From positions 64,001-128,000 of the forward strand of contig JAXGMI010000003.1 of the NCBI GenBank assembly GCA_040768745.1: a DNA stretch of 64,000 bases. Direction: 5' to 3'. Numbering within the stretch: the first letter of the stretch is position 1; each line of letters opens with the position of its first letter. This document shows positions 7,878 through 20,101 of this stretch, one piece after another. This stretch comes from Desulfomicrobium sp. GTDB lineage: Bacteria > Desulfobacterota > Desulfovibrionia > Desulfovibrionales > Desulfomicrobiaceae. The notes below the pieces were generated by a model. The model was not told the DNA's origin. It made no database searches and was given only the letters and a program-made list of their open reading frames with translations. Made by a program: the position numbers and the translations under genes.

Positions 7878-7989
7878 GCCTAACTACAGGCTGAAGCTGA
7901 CGGCTCCTTCGTTCACGCCGCTTGCAGTCTATAACTGTCCTTGGCAAGCGGGCGTGCCCTCAACCCGGAGCTTAGCCTGGGCGTTGGGC
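7878..7989 (+). other. attC site 6 (112 bp)
   Basis: GGGCCTAAC complements the cassette start GTTAGGCCC; L'' AGGCTGAAGCT / L' AGCTTAGCCT; R' GTTGGGC. Confidence 0.9.
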
Positions 7990-8004
7990 GCTAAGGAGAG
8001 AGTC

Positions 8005-8379
8005 GTGTCAGACCTCAAAGAACCCAGGGTCCTTTTCGCCGCAGAGAGAACGTTGCTTGCTTGGAATAGGACAAGCCTCTCACTGATAGCGTTCGGATTT
8101 GTCGTGGAGCGTGCGGGCCTGCTAATCCAGGCCCTGCGACCCGAGGCCGTTCACCCGCAGCAGCTTGAGCTGACTTTCTGGCTCGGTCTCGCATTGATAA
8201 TGCTCGGGGCAGTTACATCCGCGTATTCAGCCCGGCAATATGGAATCGTCCTGAAGTCGCTGACCCCTGCGGAGTTTCCGCCGGGCTACGCTGCAAGGTG
8301 GGGGTTGGCTGTTAATGTCGTGGTCGCAGTGCTGGGCGCAGCCTTAGCTGGTGTGCTTATTTTCTGGCGCATTACCTGA
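8005..8379 (+). CDS. Cassette 7: DUF202/YidH-family membrane protein
   Basis: PRVLFAAERTLLAWNRTSLSLIAFGFVV; three hydrophobic segments; GTG after AAGGAG. Confidence 0.88.
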   Translation: MSDLKEPRVLFAAERTLLAWNRTSLSLIAFGFVVERAGLLIQALRPEAVHPQQLELTFWLGLALIMLGAVTSAYSARQYGIVLKSLTPAEFPPGYAARWGLAVNVVVAVLGAALAGVLIFWRIT

Positions 8380-8387
8380 GTGTTAGC

Positions 8388-8431
8388 GCCCAACAATTCG
8401 TTGCAGTCGCGACGGCCCTGACGGGCCGCGG
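8388..8431 (+). other. attC site 7, truncated (left half only)
   Basis: TTAGCGCCCAAC is the exact reverse complement of the cassette start GTTGGGCGCTAA; central hairpin CGGCCC-TGAC-GGGCCG present; no L'/R' GTT follows. Confidence 0.75.
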
Positions 8432-8552
8432 ATTGCTGCGTCCCGGAGGCTTCCTTGCTTTCACCGACGCGGTCTGGCGCAAGGGAGACCCGCCACAGGA
8501 GGTCAAGGCGAGTTTCGATCTGGATTACCCGACCATCTGCACGAACCATTGA
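8427..8552 (+). pseudogene. Internal fragment of a SAM methyltransferase gene
   Basis: Reads RGLLRPGGFLAFTDAVWRKGDPPQEVKASFDLDYPT; no start codon. Confidence 0.6.
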
Positions 8553-8601
8553 TCATGAATACCATGACTATACGGGCTCGATAACAGTCCAAGACACCGA
8601 C

Positions 8602-8651
8602 AAAAAATACGCCACCCCGGCCCCAAGCGCTTGCCCGGGGCCGGGATGACG
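8602..8651 (-). terminator. Probable intrinsic terminator of clpB
   Basis: GC-rich stem CCCGGCCCC/GGGGCCGGG followed by a T-run on the minus strand. Confidence 0.6.
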
Positions 8652-8666
8652 TAAGCCCAAAAACTG

Positions 8667-11261
<2,595 letters not shown>

Positions 11262-11290
11262 GGGAATCCTCCTTGAATCCTAAGAGGGCC

Positions 11291-11605
11291 TCAGAACTGC
11301 CCTGACAGGGCCCGAACTCTGCGCTCCAGAAAATCGATGCGCTCCAAAAGGTCCACGATTATGGTTCCGGCCACGGGGTTCAGCTCAAAATCCGCGCACA
11401 ACCTTCTGAACTTGCGCACCCTGCCCACATCCACGGCCATGAACAGAAATTCCTGCTGTGCCGTGCGGGCCGGGACGATCCAGTCCATGCGCACGAGTTC
11501 GGTCAGGTCCTCCTCGGTCAATCCGGTCAGTTCCAGGAATTCCCTGGTTCCCATGCGCGCGGAAGGCGCCGGAAGCCCGGGTTCGTGTCTCTGCAGAATG
11601 GTCAT
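11291..11605 (-). CDS. cbpM: Chaperone modulator CbpM-like (MerR-type HTH)
   Basis: RLCADFELN..IIVDLLERID motif; lies between cbpA and clpB. Confidence 0.75.
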   Translation of the reverse strand: MTILQRHEPGLPAPSARMGTREFLELTGLTEEDLTELVRMDWIVPARTAQQEFLFMAVDVGRVRKFRRLCADFELNPVAGTIIVDLLERIDFLERRVRALSGQF

Positions 11606-11614
11606 CGTCCTCTC

Positions 11615-12556
11615 CTACCTCGCCTCGAATGAAGAAATCTGGGACAGTTCCCGCCAGAGCTCGCGTTCGCGGTCAGTCAGCTTCTTGGGGGTGCGGATGA
11701 CGATGCGCACGAACTGGTCACCCTGGGATGAACCCTTGCCCAACCCCTTGCCCGCCAGGCGCAGTTTCTGGCCACTGCTCACGCCGGAAGGAATGGTCAT
11801 GTCCACCGGACCGTCCAGCGTCGGGATCCGCACGGAGCAGCCCAAAGCGGCCTCCCAGGGAGCCAGACGCAAGTCGAAAATCACGTTGACACCCTCAAGC
11901 CGGAACAGCGGGTGATCCTCGATGCTGACCTGCAGCAACAGGTCTCCGGCCGGCCCCCCCCCGATTCCGGGCGAACCCTGGCCGGCCAGACGGATCTTGG
12001 CCCCATCCTTCACCCCGGACGGAATGTTCACCTCCAGGGTTTTGGACTGCATTTGCGGCCTGCCGTCTGGGCCACGGGCCTGCTCCTGCAGGGTCAGGGT
12101 CTTGCGGCCACCCCGGTAGGCCTCTTCCAGAGAAAGCGTCAGCCGCACCTCGGCATCGCGCCCTCTGGAACGCATGGTCCGTCCGAAGGGATCCCCGCCG
12201 AACCGGCTGCCCCCGAATCCTCCGGCGCCTCCGAAAATGGTCTCGAAAAAATCACTGAACCCCTCTCCGCCGAATCCGCCGGAGCGGAACTGAAAGTTTT
12301 CATACCCGGGAGGTGGCTGGAAATTCTGGCCCTCCTTCCAGTTGGGGCCCAAGGAATCGTACAGCCTGCGTTTTTCCGGATCCTTCAGAACCTCGTAGGC
12401 CTCGTTGATTTCCTTGAACTTGGATTCCGCCTGGGAGTCGTTGGGGTTGAGGTCCGGGTGGTATTTGCGGGCCAGCTTCTTGAAGGCCTTGCTGACCTCA
12501 TCCTGACTTGCATCCTTGGAGACTCCGAGCAATTTGTAGTAATCTCTGTATTCCAA
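11615..12556 (-). CDS. cbpA: DnaJ-class chaperone CbpA
   Basis: J domain with HPD, G/F region, no zinc finger, DnaJ C-terminal domain. Confidence 0.88.
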   Translation of the reverse strand: MEYRDYYKLLGVSKDASQDEVSKAFKKLARKYHPDLNPNDSQAESKFKEINEAYEVLKDPEKRRLYDSLGPNWKEGQNFQPPPGYENFQFRSGGFGGEGFSDFFETIFGGAGGFGGSRFGGDPFGRTMRSRGRDAEVRLTLSLEEAYRGGRKTLTLQEQARGPDGRPQMQSKTLEVNIPSGVKDGAKIRLAGQGSPGIGGGPAGDLLLQVSIEDHPLFRLEGVNVIFDLRLAPWEAALGCSVRIPTLDGPVDMTIPSGVSSGQKLRLAGKGLGKGSSQGDQFVRIVIRTPKKLTDRERELWRELSQISSFEAR

Positions 12557-12637
12557 AATAGTACCGCTCCTCTTGCCCGAGATGTACGAGGAAGAATAAT
12601 GCCCCCCAGCCGCAAGTCAACAATTTGACACAAATTT

Positions 12638-13273
12638 TCATCCCGTCCCGTACCCCTCCAGGGCGGGGACTGTGGGGGCAAGGACCTGCCACAGGGGACG
12701 GCCGAAATAGATCCACAGGTCCTCGTCGCGAGAACCGACACGTTCTGCAAAAGCCCGGCGGAAGTGGAGTTCCCCCCGGACCATGTCCATGAGTTCCTCC
12801 GGCACAGGGCCTGCGGAACTGCGGACCCATTCAAGGGCCAGATTCAGGGCCGGCAGCACCGGGAACAGGGACTCATGCCCAGCGATGCACTGCCCAAGGG
12901 CCGAATCCGCAGGGACCAAATCGAAGCGTGTGGCGTAGGGATGCTCCATGACCGCGTAGAGTGCAGCGGGGTCAGTACAGGACAGGGCCCGGCATTCCGC
13001 CGGACGCGCCGCGTAGATCCGGCATTGGGAGCTGGCCCGGTCATAGCAGACGCACTCCCATGATGCACCCTTGCCGCGGATTTTGACCAGTTCCCGAGGT
13101 ACGGACTGCAGCCCCCCCCTGCGCGGATCGTAAGCCATTTCACCAGAGCGGATGCAGACCAGATCCTGAACCCGGATACGGCCTTCCTCTACAAGGGGCA
13201 GATCCTCTCTGTGCAAGGACGGTCCGCCCTTGATGCAGCAGGTCCCGCATCGGCGGCATGAAGGTTGGGGCAT
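12638..13273 (-). CDS. YkgJ-family cysteine-cluster protein
   Basis: CRRCGTCC..CVCY..CRIYAARPAECR; ATG 13273 with AGGAG RBS. Confidence 0.8.
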   Translation of the reverse strand: MPQPSCRRCGTCCIKGGPSLHREDLPLVEEGRIRVQDLVCIRSGEMAYDPRRGGLQSVPRELVKIRGKGASWECVCYDRASSQCRIYAARPAECRALSCTDPAALYAVMEHPYATRFDLVPADSALGQCIAGHESLFPVLPALNLALEWVRSSAGPVPEELMDMVRGELHFRRAFAERVGSRDEDLWIYFGRPLWQVLAPTVPALEGYGTG

Positions 13274-13392
13274 GGGCGACTCTCCTGAATTTCGGCCTGG
13301 CCAGCACGAGCAGCGGAACATGGAACGCTGGATCCGGCAAGTTCCATTCCGTGATTGCAGCCGCAAGCCGCAGGCAGTCAAGGCTTGAAAAC

Positions 13393-13420
13393 AAGAAAAG
13401 CCGGCATGGCCGGCTTTCTT
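13393..13420. terminator. Hairpin terminator downstream of the DVU0772-like gene
   Basis: AAGAAAAGCCGG-CATGG-CCGGCTTTCTT. Confidence 0.65.
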
Positions 13421-13437
13421 CCCTCAAACAACCCAGA

Positions 13438-13785
13438 TCAGTTATACAGCTCAGTCTCAAGCCATTCCTTCACATCGGCGTTCACCGGGTAGACACCCTT
13501 ATGGTTGTATACCCCGTGCAGGAATTTTTTGGCCAATGTATCTGGAAGAGCGAGAACGGCCAATTCCTTGGCTCCGTCGGAATTGCGATACAGCAATGTG
13601 GCCGTTGGCTTTTCATTCCACGTGTTGATCACGAAATAATGGGAAAAATCTTCTTTTCCCTTCACCGCGTTCTGATATCCACCCCGATATCCGTTGTTTC
13701 CCCACTCCAGATAAATGGCCACAGCATCTTCGGGGGTCATTTCCCAATCGATGACGAGATCCTTGTAAGCACGTAACTGTCCCAT
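13438..13785 (-). CDS. DVU0772-family protein
   Basis: IDWEMTPEDAVAIYLEWGNN motif, 115 aa. Confidence 0.75.
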   Translation of the reverse strand: MGQLRAYKDLVIDWEMTPEDAVAIYLEWGNNGYRGGYQNAVKGKEDFSHYFVINTWNEKPTATLLYRNSDGAKELAVLALPDTLAKKFLHGVYNHKGVYPVNADVKEWLETELYN

Positions 13786-13834
13786 GATTCACCTCCATCT
13801 TATGAATAATTACTAATAATAATTTTGAGAGGTG

Positions 13835-15268
13835 TCAAGCTGACTTTTCCAGTCGGATATCTGGACAGGGGCGTCGGACGCCGCGATGGTGCTGATAAAT
13901 TCGGGCAGCGGAAACGAAATTTGTGGCCCAAACCGGAATTCCAAGGGCGTGGATATGCGTGTACCCGGCCAGACAGTTGCGGACCAGCACTCCATCCCAC
14001 CCTTTTTTCATGCCCTGCCCCCGATCCAGGGAGAACACGAAGGAGGACACCCGGTCGGCATCGGTGCAGTGGGAATAGTGGAACTCATGTCCGGTCAGAA
14101 CGAACCCCACCGGGTAGAAAGGATTGGCTGACTGCACTCGTGAACAGATGTATCCGTGCCCCTGGGGTTTTTTGAACACCTTCGTCGTCAGCGGGAAAAC
14201 ACCGGCCATGGCATAGGCAGAACCGTCATACTGGAGCTCCTGACTCAGGTACATGAGCCCCCCACACTCGGCGTACACAGGCAGGCCACAACGGACATGC
14301 TCCCGGATGGACTGGCGCATGCCCGCATTGGAGGACAGTCCCTGCGCCAGCGTCTCGGGAAAGCCCCCGCCCATGTAAAGGGCATCCACCTCGGGAACTT
14401 CCCGGTCATCCAGGAGACTGAACTCGACAAGCTCCGCCCCGGCGTGCTGCAGGGCGTCCAGATTTTCCTGGTAATAGAACCACAGGGCCGCATCCCGGGC
14501 CACTCCGACCCGGACCCGCTCACCGCTCTCGGGTGCAGGGTACACGGGAGAAAGATGGCCTGTGAGAGAGGGTGCTGACTGCGCAATGCGCAGACAGGCT
14601 TCCAGATCGGTATGCTCGCGCACGAAGGACGCGATGTCCCTGATGGGATCGGCCAGAAACTCGGCATCGGAGATGAGCCCCATGTGGCGTTCAGGGATGG
14701 GGTTGACCGCCAGCTTTGGCAAAATTCCCAGTACCCGGACATCGGTATATTTCTCTATGGACTGGCGCAAAATATCCTGGTGGCGGCATCCGGCAGTGCG
14801 GTTCAGGATCACCCCCCGGATATCGACTTCCGGGTCAAAGGCGCAAAGCCCCATGATGATGGCCGCCATGGTCCGCGTGACCTTGGTGCAGTCGGCCACG
14901 ACAACAACCGGGCAGCGCAGAACCTTGGCCAGTTCCGCAGAGGAGCAGGAGCCCACGACGTCCTTGCCGTCGTACAGCCCCCGGTTGCCCTCAATGAGAG
15001 CCAGATCAGAGCCTCTGGCCTTGGTCCAGAACAGATTGTGGAGCACGTCGGCAGGCAATAAAAAAGGATCCAGATTGATGGTGATGCTGTTGCTGGCAAG
15101 AGCCAGCCACTTGGCATCAATATAATCCGGACCCTTTTTGAAGGTCTGAACGGAAATGCCCTGTCCGCAATACGCGCGGGCGAGGCCCAAACTCACTATG
15201 GTCTTGCCGGAACCGCCGCCGAGGCCAGCAACAAGAATCCGCGGACAAGACAACACAGAAGCGGGCAT
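13835..15268 (-). CDS. dsrN: Siroheme amidase DsrN (CbiA/CobB-like)
   Basis: GGSGKT, FKKGPDYID, YAECGG, GHEFHYS; directly after dsrD. Confidence 0.9.
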   Translation of the reverse strand: MPASVLSCPRILVAGLGGGSGKTIVSLGLARAYCGQGISVQTFKKGPDYIDAKWLALASNSITINLDPFLLPADVLHNLFWTKARGSDLALIEGNRGLYDGKDVVGSCSSAELAKVLRCPVVVVADCTKVTRTMAAIIMGLCAFDPEVDIRGVILNRTAGCRHQDILRQSIEKYTDVRVLGILPKLAVNPIPERHMGLISDAEFLADPIRDIASFVREHTDLEACLRIAQSAPSLTGHLSPVYPAPESGERVRVGVARDAALWFYYQENLDALQHAGAELVEFSLLDDREVPEVDALYMGGGFPETLAQGLSSNAGMRQSIREHVRCGLPVYAECGGLMYLSQELQYDGSAYAMAGVFPLTTKVFKKPQGHGYICSRVQSANPFYPVGFVLTGHEFHYSHCTDADRVSSFVFSLDRGQGMKKGWDGVLVRNCLAGYTHIHALGIPVWATNFVSAARIYQHHRGVRRPCPDIRLEKSA

Positions 15269-15277
15269 CAGGGAGTC

Positions 15278-15514
15278 TTAATCTTCGCCTTCTGTGTGAG
15301 CCTGCTTGCCGGTCCCGGGAATGCCGTACATGGTGGTGCTGCCACTGGACCAGTATTCGAGCACGCCGTCGGACACGAGCTGGTTGATGAGCTTCTTGGC
15401 CTCGCGCATCTTCATGTCCGGAAACAGGGCGGCCAGGTCGTTGAAATAGAACTTGGACTTCTGCTTGGATTTGGACTGAATGTATTCAAGCACGATATCT
15501 TTAGGATCTGCCAT
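15278..15514 (-). CDS. dsrD: DsrD
   Basis: KSKFYFND..LEYWSSGSTTMYG. Confidence 0.95.
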   Translation of the reverse strand: MADPKDIVLEYIQSKSKQKSKFYFNDLAALFPDMKMREAKKLINQLVSDGVLEYWSSGSTTMYGIPGTGKQAHTEGED

Positions 15515-15580
15515 ACTCGCCTCTCTTATGGTTTAGGGCCGACTTGCGCCGGCCCTATGGATTGTCGACTGGAACCCGAC

Positions 15581-16741
15581 TTAGAACTTGAAGTTCGTGG
15601 TCTGGCGCCAAGTGTAGTACGCAGGATCGCGGAAGTCGTCGATCATGTGTTCGGAGAACTCAAGACCGCACTTCTCGAAGAAGCGTTCCCAGCCGATGCG
15701 CTCGGCCCAGTCACCAACGCGCTCGTACTTGCGGGCATCCGCGGCATAGGCTTCGACAATCTTGCGGATGGTCTTAGCCAGCGTGGGCCAGCGGGGCGGT
15801 TCGTTGGGGATGAAGGCCACGACGACCTTGGAGAACTTGGGATTGCTGATGCGGTTGGAAACCTTGCCGCCAGCCATGATGACCAGGCCGTCACCGGTCT
15901 GGTCGGACAGGGGCAGCGACGGACACATGGTGTAGCAGTTGCCGCAGAACATACAACGATCACCCTTGATGGCCACGGTGTTCACCGTCTTGGTCTCGCC
16001 GGCTTCCGTGGTGATTTCCTTCTTGGTCGGACGGATGGCGCCCACGGGGCAGGCCGCCACGGCCAGCGGAATTTCGCACAGGTTGTCCAGCCATTCGTGG
16101 TCGATGATCGGAGGTTTGCGGTGGTAACCCAGGATGGCGATGTCAGAGCAATGCACGGCGCCGCACATGTTCAGACAGCAGGCCATGGAGATGCGGACCT
16201 GGGCCGGCATGCGCATCTGCCCGAACTCTTCGAACAGCTCGTCCAGAACGACCTTGACCGTTCCGGAAGCGTCCGTGGCCGGGGTGTGGCAGTGGACCCA
16301 ACCCTGGGTGTGCACGATGTTGGTGATGCCGGCGCCAGTGCCGCCGACCGGGAACTTGTGGCTGCCGCCGGACTGCTTCTGGGAATTCAGATAGTCCTTC
16401 AGCTTCTTGGCCTCGGCCAGGGTGCCGACCATGAATTCGATGTTGTTGCGGGTGGTGAAGCGCAGGTGTCCGCCACAGAACTTGTCGGCGATATCGCACA
16501 GGGCGCGGACATGGCCGACGGACATCAGACGGGATCCGCCGCAACGCACGGTGTACACTTCGTCGCCGCTTTCGGCCTTGTGCATCAGAATACCGGGTTC
16601 ACAGATTTCATGCCACAGCCATTTGCCTTTGTTCTTGGCAATAACAGGAGGAAGGAAATCGGAAAAATGGCGCGGGCCAATATCCGTGATCCTGTTTTCC
16701 ATGGGTTTTTCGGGATTGTATCCGGAAGAGATGAAAGCCAT
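15581..16741 (-). CDS. dsrB: Dissimilatory sulfite reductase beta subunit
   Basis: [10 protein letters not shown] start, [30 protein letters not shown]. Confidence 0.98.
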   Translation of the reverse strand: MAFISSGYNPEKPMENRITDIGPRHFSDFLPPVIAKNKGKWLWHEICEPGILMHKAESGDEVYTVRCGGSRLMSVGHVRALCDIADKFCGGHLRFTTRNNIEFMVGTLAEAKKLKDYLNSQKQSGGSHKFPVGGTGAGITNIVHTQGWVHCHTPATDASGTVKVVLDELFEEFGQMRMPAQVRISMACCLNMCGAVHCSDIAILGYHRKPPIIDHEWLDNLCEIPLAVAACPVGAIRPTKKEITTEAGETKTVNTVAIKGDRCMFCGNCYTMCPSLPLSDQTGDGLVIMAGGKVSNRISNPKFSKVVVAFIPNEPPRWPTLAKTIRKIVEAYAADARKYERVGDWAERIGWERFFEKCGLEFSEHMIDDFRDPAYYTWRQTTNFKF

Positions 16742-16755
16742 TGTCAACCCCCTTC

Positions 16756-18069
16756 TTATCTCTGATGGTGTTTACGGTAATCCGCGATGTCGCGATCCCA
16801 GCCGCCGGGTACGTCTTCTTCTTTCCAGAAGATGTACGGATTGTGACGGGGTTCCTGCACATGCTGCGGCACGGGTGTCGCACCGATGGCGGAAATGGCC
16901 TTGGCCAGACCCTGACGCTTGATCAGTTCGCCAAGACGCTCGCGGTTCTTGCCCTCTTCCATCCACCATTCCCAGATGCCTTCAATGATTGCCTTGATTT
17001 CATCATAAGGCTCTTCGACCTTGATGAAGGGCACCAGCAGGGATCCCATCTGCGCGCCATCCAGGATCGGAGCCTTGGCGCCGACCAGGATGGACAGGCC
17101 GCGGTCGTTACCGATGCGCAGGGCGCGGGGCATGACGTTCAGACAGTGCATGCAACGGGTGCACTCACGGTTATTGATCTTCAGTTTGCCGTCTTCAATC
17201 CACATGCATTCGGTCGGGCAGAGATCAATGACTTCCTTCTCAATGTCAAAGGGACCCCAGTCCTTGCCGGCATGCGCACCAGCATTGGCCTTGAGTTCGC
17301 CGCCGATGTAGGCGGCAACAGCCTTCTGATCGATGCGGATGTCGTCTTTCCACGTCCCGATGAAGGACATGTCGGAACGGGCGATGGAGGCCACGCAGCA
17401 GTTCGGGCAGCCATCAAACTTGAACTTGAACTTGTACGGGAAAGCGGGACGATGCAGCTCGTCCTGGTACTCCTGGGTCATCTGGTAGCACAACTCCTGA
17501 GAGTCGTAGCAGGCCCATTCGCAGCGGGACTCGCCGAGGCACGAAGCTGGCGTGCGCAGGTTGGATCCGGAGCCACCGAGGTCGTTGTTCAGCTTGTGGG
17601 TCAGATCGAAAAAGAATTCTTCCAGCTGAGGAGTGGTGGTGCCCAGGAGCACGATGTCGCCGGTGGCGCCGTGCATGTTGGTCAGACCGGAGCCGCGCAA
17701 GTCCCACAGATCACAAAGCTGCTTCAGGAAGTCTGTGGTGTAGTACATGCCAGCCGGCTGGTTGACGCGTATGGTGTGAAAATGAGCCACGCCGGGGAAT
17801 TTCTGGGGCTGGTCACAGTAACGGCCGATGACGCCGCCGCCATAACCGAACACGCCGACGATACCGCCATGTTTCCAGTGGGTGGTGCCGTCCTTGTAGG
17901 ACAGTTCGAGAATGCCCAACAAATCGTCACAGACGTCAACTGGAATCTGATGTTCCACTTTCGCCGTGTTTTTGTGACGTCTCTCGGCTTCCTCCTTGAT
18001 GTCCGAAACAAAACTCGGCCACGGACCGCTCTGAAGCTGATCCAGCAACGGGGTCGCATGTTTAGCCAT
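16756..18069 (-). CDS. dsrA: Dissimilatory sulfite reductase alpha subunit
   Basis: [40 protein letters not shown]. Confidence 0.98.
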   Translation of the reverse strand: MAKHATPLLDQLQSGPWPSFVSDIKEEAERRHKNTAKVEHQIPVDVCDDLLGILELSYKDGTTHWKHGGIVGVFGYGGGVIGRYCDQPQKFPGVAHFHTIRVNQPAGMYYTTDFLKQLCDLWDLRGSGLTNMHGATGDIVLLGTTTPQLEEFFFDLTHKLNNDLGGSGSNLRTPASCLGESRCEWACYDSQELCYQMTQEYQDELHRPAFPYKFKFKFDGCPNCCVASIARSDMSFIGTWKDDIRIDQKAVAAYIGGELKANAGAHAGKDWGPFDIEKEVIDLCPTECMWIEDGKLKINNRECTRCMHCLNVMPRALRIGNDRGLSILVGAKAPILDGAQMGSLLVPFIKVEEPYDEIKAIIEGIWEWWMEEGKNRERLGELIKRQGLAKAISAIGATPVPQHVQEPRHNPYIFWKEEDVPGGWDRDIADYRKHHQR

Positions 18070-18179
18070 TACACATCCTCCTTAAAAGATTAGACCGTGC
18101 ACAGTCATCGCACTCACATTTTCGTAGAGCGCGACCCTCAACCTCGTAACAATTTCAAAGATTTCTAAAAAATTCACGC

Positions 18180-18214
18180 TCGTGAATCTTCGTACAAAGC
18201 ACCTCTTTTGTCAA
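18180..18214 (-). promoter_or_regulatory. Putative dsrA promoter with Rex-like operator
   Basis: TTGACA (-35, 18209-18214) and 18-bp TCGTGAA-TCTT-CGTACAA over the -10 region. Confidence 0.55.
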
Positions 18215-18260
18215 CCCGAATTTCCCCGGAGAAAAATCCCCACTCCTGTGGGGCTTTCGG

Positions 18261-18887
18261 CTAGGAACGATACTGGGCAATCTCAGCCATGATCTGCGGC
18301 TCAACCTCGAACCCTGTCTCCGTGGCCTTGTCGAAATACCGGATCGCTGTGTGCGGATCGCCTTTTTCGAGGTAGGCAAGGCCCATGTTGTTGTAGGCAG
18401 GACCGAACATCGGCTCGATCTCAACCGCCTTGGCGCACTGCATGATGCATCCATCCGGGTCCCCCAGGGCAAGATAGGCGCTGCCCAGTGTGGTGTGGGC
18501 CTGGATGAATTGCGGATCGAAACTGATCGCTTTTTTAAGGGCCTTGACGGCCTTGTCGGGATTTTGCTGCTGCATGTGCACAAAGCCGATATTCCCCCAC
18601 GGGACCGCGAATCTGGGGCGGATTTCCGTCGCTTTTTTGTTCATGGCCAGACATTTCTCCAGATCCCCCCGGTGCATGGCCAGACCCCCCAGCTGCACAT
18701 AGGCTTCCGCGATATCTGGCTCCAGGGCCAGGGCCTCGTGAAACGCCTTTTCCGCCTCATCAAAATTCCGCTCGGCAACCAAGGATACCCCGAGATTGTA
18801 CAGCAAGGCTGCCGAATCCGGGTTGTCCTGCAGGGCGGCCTTGAGAGCGGCCACCGTCTTCGGGCCATAATCAAAAGTCTTCTTCAT
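18261..18887 (-). CDS. Tetratricopeptide repeat protein
   Basis: Repeated TPR motifs (LYNLG, AYVQLG, WGNIG, AHTTLG, AYNNMG); likely start MKKTFDYG. Confidence 0.88.
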   Translation of the reverse strand: MKKTFDYGPKTVAALKAALQDNPDSAALLYNLGVSLVAERNFDEAEKAFHEALALEPDIAEAYVQLGGLAMHRGDLEKCLAMNKKATEIRPRFAVPWGNIGFVHMQQQNPDKAVKALKKAISFDPQFIQAHTTLGSAYLALGDPDGCIMQCAKAVEIEPMFGPAYNNMGLAYLEKGDPHTAIRYFDKATETGFEVEPQIMAEIAQYRS

Positions 18888-18897
18888 CGGATTCCAC

Positions 18898-19269
18898 CTA
18901 GGGCTTGTAGTCATTGATATCGATATTGTGTTTCTTGAGTTCCTGGGCATACCAATGCGCGAACTCGTACATGCCGATGTAGCGGTCATCCCCGTTGACC
19001 ATGCCCAGACACATCTCCAGCACGCCCTGACCGTAGGCATTGCTGTATTTTTCCGGTGCGTGCTGCTGCAGGAATTCACGCACCAGCTGCTGTGTTGTCC
19101 GCCTGGTGCCATCGGTCCGCCACTCGATGGGATCCTTGGGCTCCGCGAAGGGATTCCACTTGTCATACCCGATCCGGTCAATGAATTTCCTGCGCCTGGG
19201 CGCCATCTTTTCATAGATGGCCTTTTTCTGGGCCTCGTGCTCTTCCGTCATGACAGCAGGCTTATACAT
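18898..19269 (-). CDS. Conserved hypothetical protein
   Basis: ATG after GGGAG; tightly packed with neighbours; RRKFIDRIGYDKWNPFAEPKDP. Confidence 0.75.
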   Translation of the reverse strand: MYKPAVMTEEHEAQKKAIYEKMAPRRRKFIDRIGYDKWNPFAEPKDPIEWRTDGTRRTTQQLVREFLQQHAPEKYSNAYGQGVLEMCLGMVNGDDRYIGMYEFAHWYAQELKKHNIDINDYKP

Positions 19270-19948
19270 GCTCACTCCCTCCGATGGTCTCGGAATCACC
19301 GCCCGATGCGCCGAGACCGAAATACTCGTCTGAATAGACGGTCATCAGGGCCGTGGATACGGGGACATGCATGGTGCGGAAATCGGCATATCCCGATCCC
19401 ATGGCATCCAGGACCCTGTTACTGAGGGCCAGAAGTGCGTCCTGAATCCGCTCAATCTTCACCGCCGGGTAGGGCTGCCCCGGTTCAAATCCCGTCAGGC
19501 CACAGGTGTGGGACATACCGCCAATTTCCAGGGGAATCCCGTACAGGCGGCAGGTGATGGGCCGGAATGCATAGAGCTGACACATCTCCCCAGTCCCCAG
19601 CAACGGGCAGCGGATTCTTTCCCTGGCGGCCCGGTGCAGAATTTCCGCAGGATCCTTTTCTTCAGCCTCACGGGAGACCTTTTTTTTCAGAATATAGGCT
19701 TTGCGGTCAGCCTTGTCCGCCTCAATCAGAATCTGGTTCTTGTGTGTGTCGTCAAGATCGGAAAATTTGGAATTCAGGTACAGGGCCTCGATCAGCGTGA
19801 TGTCAAAAAGGGCATGACAACAGTCGCTGCAGCCCTGCCTGCATGTCACTTCCCGGGGAAACTGCCCGGAAACCTTCTGAAAAACGGCGTCGACCTGCCG
19901 CACGAGGGACTCATACTCAGCAAAAAACGGAGCCAGATCCAAATTCAT
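19262..19948 (-). CDS. YkgJ-family cysteine-cluster protein
   Basis: CRQGCSDCC..CPLL..CQLYAFRPITCRLYG. Confidence 0.85.
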   Translation of the reverse strand: MNLDLAPFFAEYESLVRQVDAVFQKVSGQFPREVTCRQGCSDCCHALFDITLIEALYLNSKFSDLDDTHKNQILIEADKADRKAYILKKKVSREAEEKDPAEILHRAARERIRCPLLGTGEMCQLYAFRPITCRLYGIPLEIGGMSHTCGLTGFEPGQPYPAVKIERIQDALLALSNRVLDAMGSGYADFRTMHVPVSTALMTVYSDEYFGLGASGGDSETIGGSEHV

Positions 19949-20066
19949 GAACTCAATCCTCAATCGGGCATGCGCGAAGGCCCGAAAAATTCAGGCATGG
20001 AAGGAAGTAATTTGAAAGAAAGTGACTGATACTGAGGTGCTGCCCAGCATTGAACGAGCAAGAAGC

Positions 20067-20093
20067 ATGGCAGGCCCGAAGGCCTGCCATATG
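20067..20093 (-). terminator. Hairpin downstream of ferredoxin
   Basis: ATGGCAGGCC-CGAA-GGCCTGCCAT perfect stem. Confidence 0.55.
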
Positions 20094-20101
20094 GAAAAGA
20101 A

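Larger units (their letters stand above)
1..8552. mobile_element. Integron: intI + attI + 7 gene cassettes + terminal remnant
   Basis: Integron-type tyrosine recombinase divergent from a run of co-oriented ORFs, each followed by an attC-like imperfect inverted repeat (..AAC to GTT..). Confidence 0.93.

Noticed and set aside
3528..8431. Repeated intergenic palindromes as CRISPR or terminators
   Set aside because: Not identical direct repeats, separated by whole genes, no cas genes; the R/L box structure fits attC.
12616..12629. GTCAA-N4-TTGAC inverted repeat upstream of cbpA
   Set aside because: Only 5-bp arms and not a CIRCE or HAIR match; may just be overlapping -35-like hexamers.
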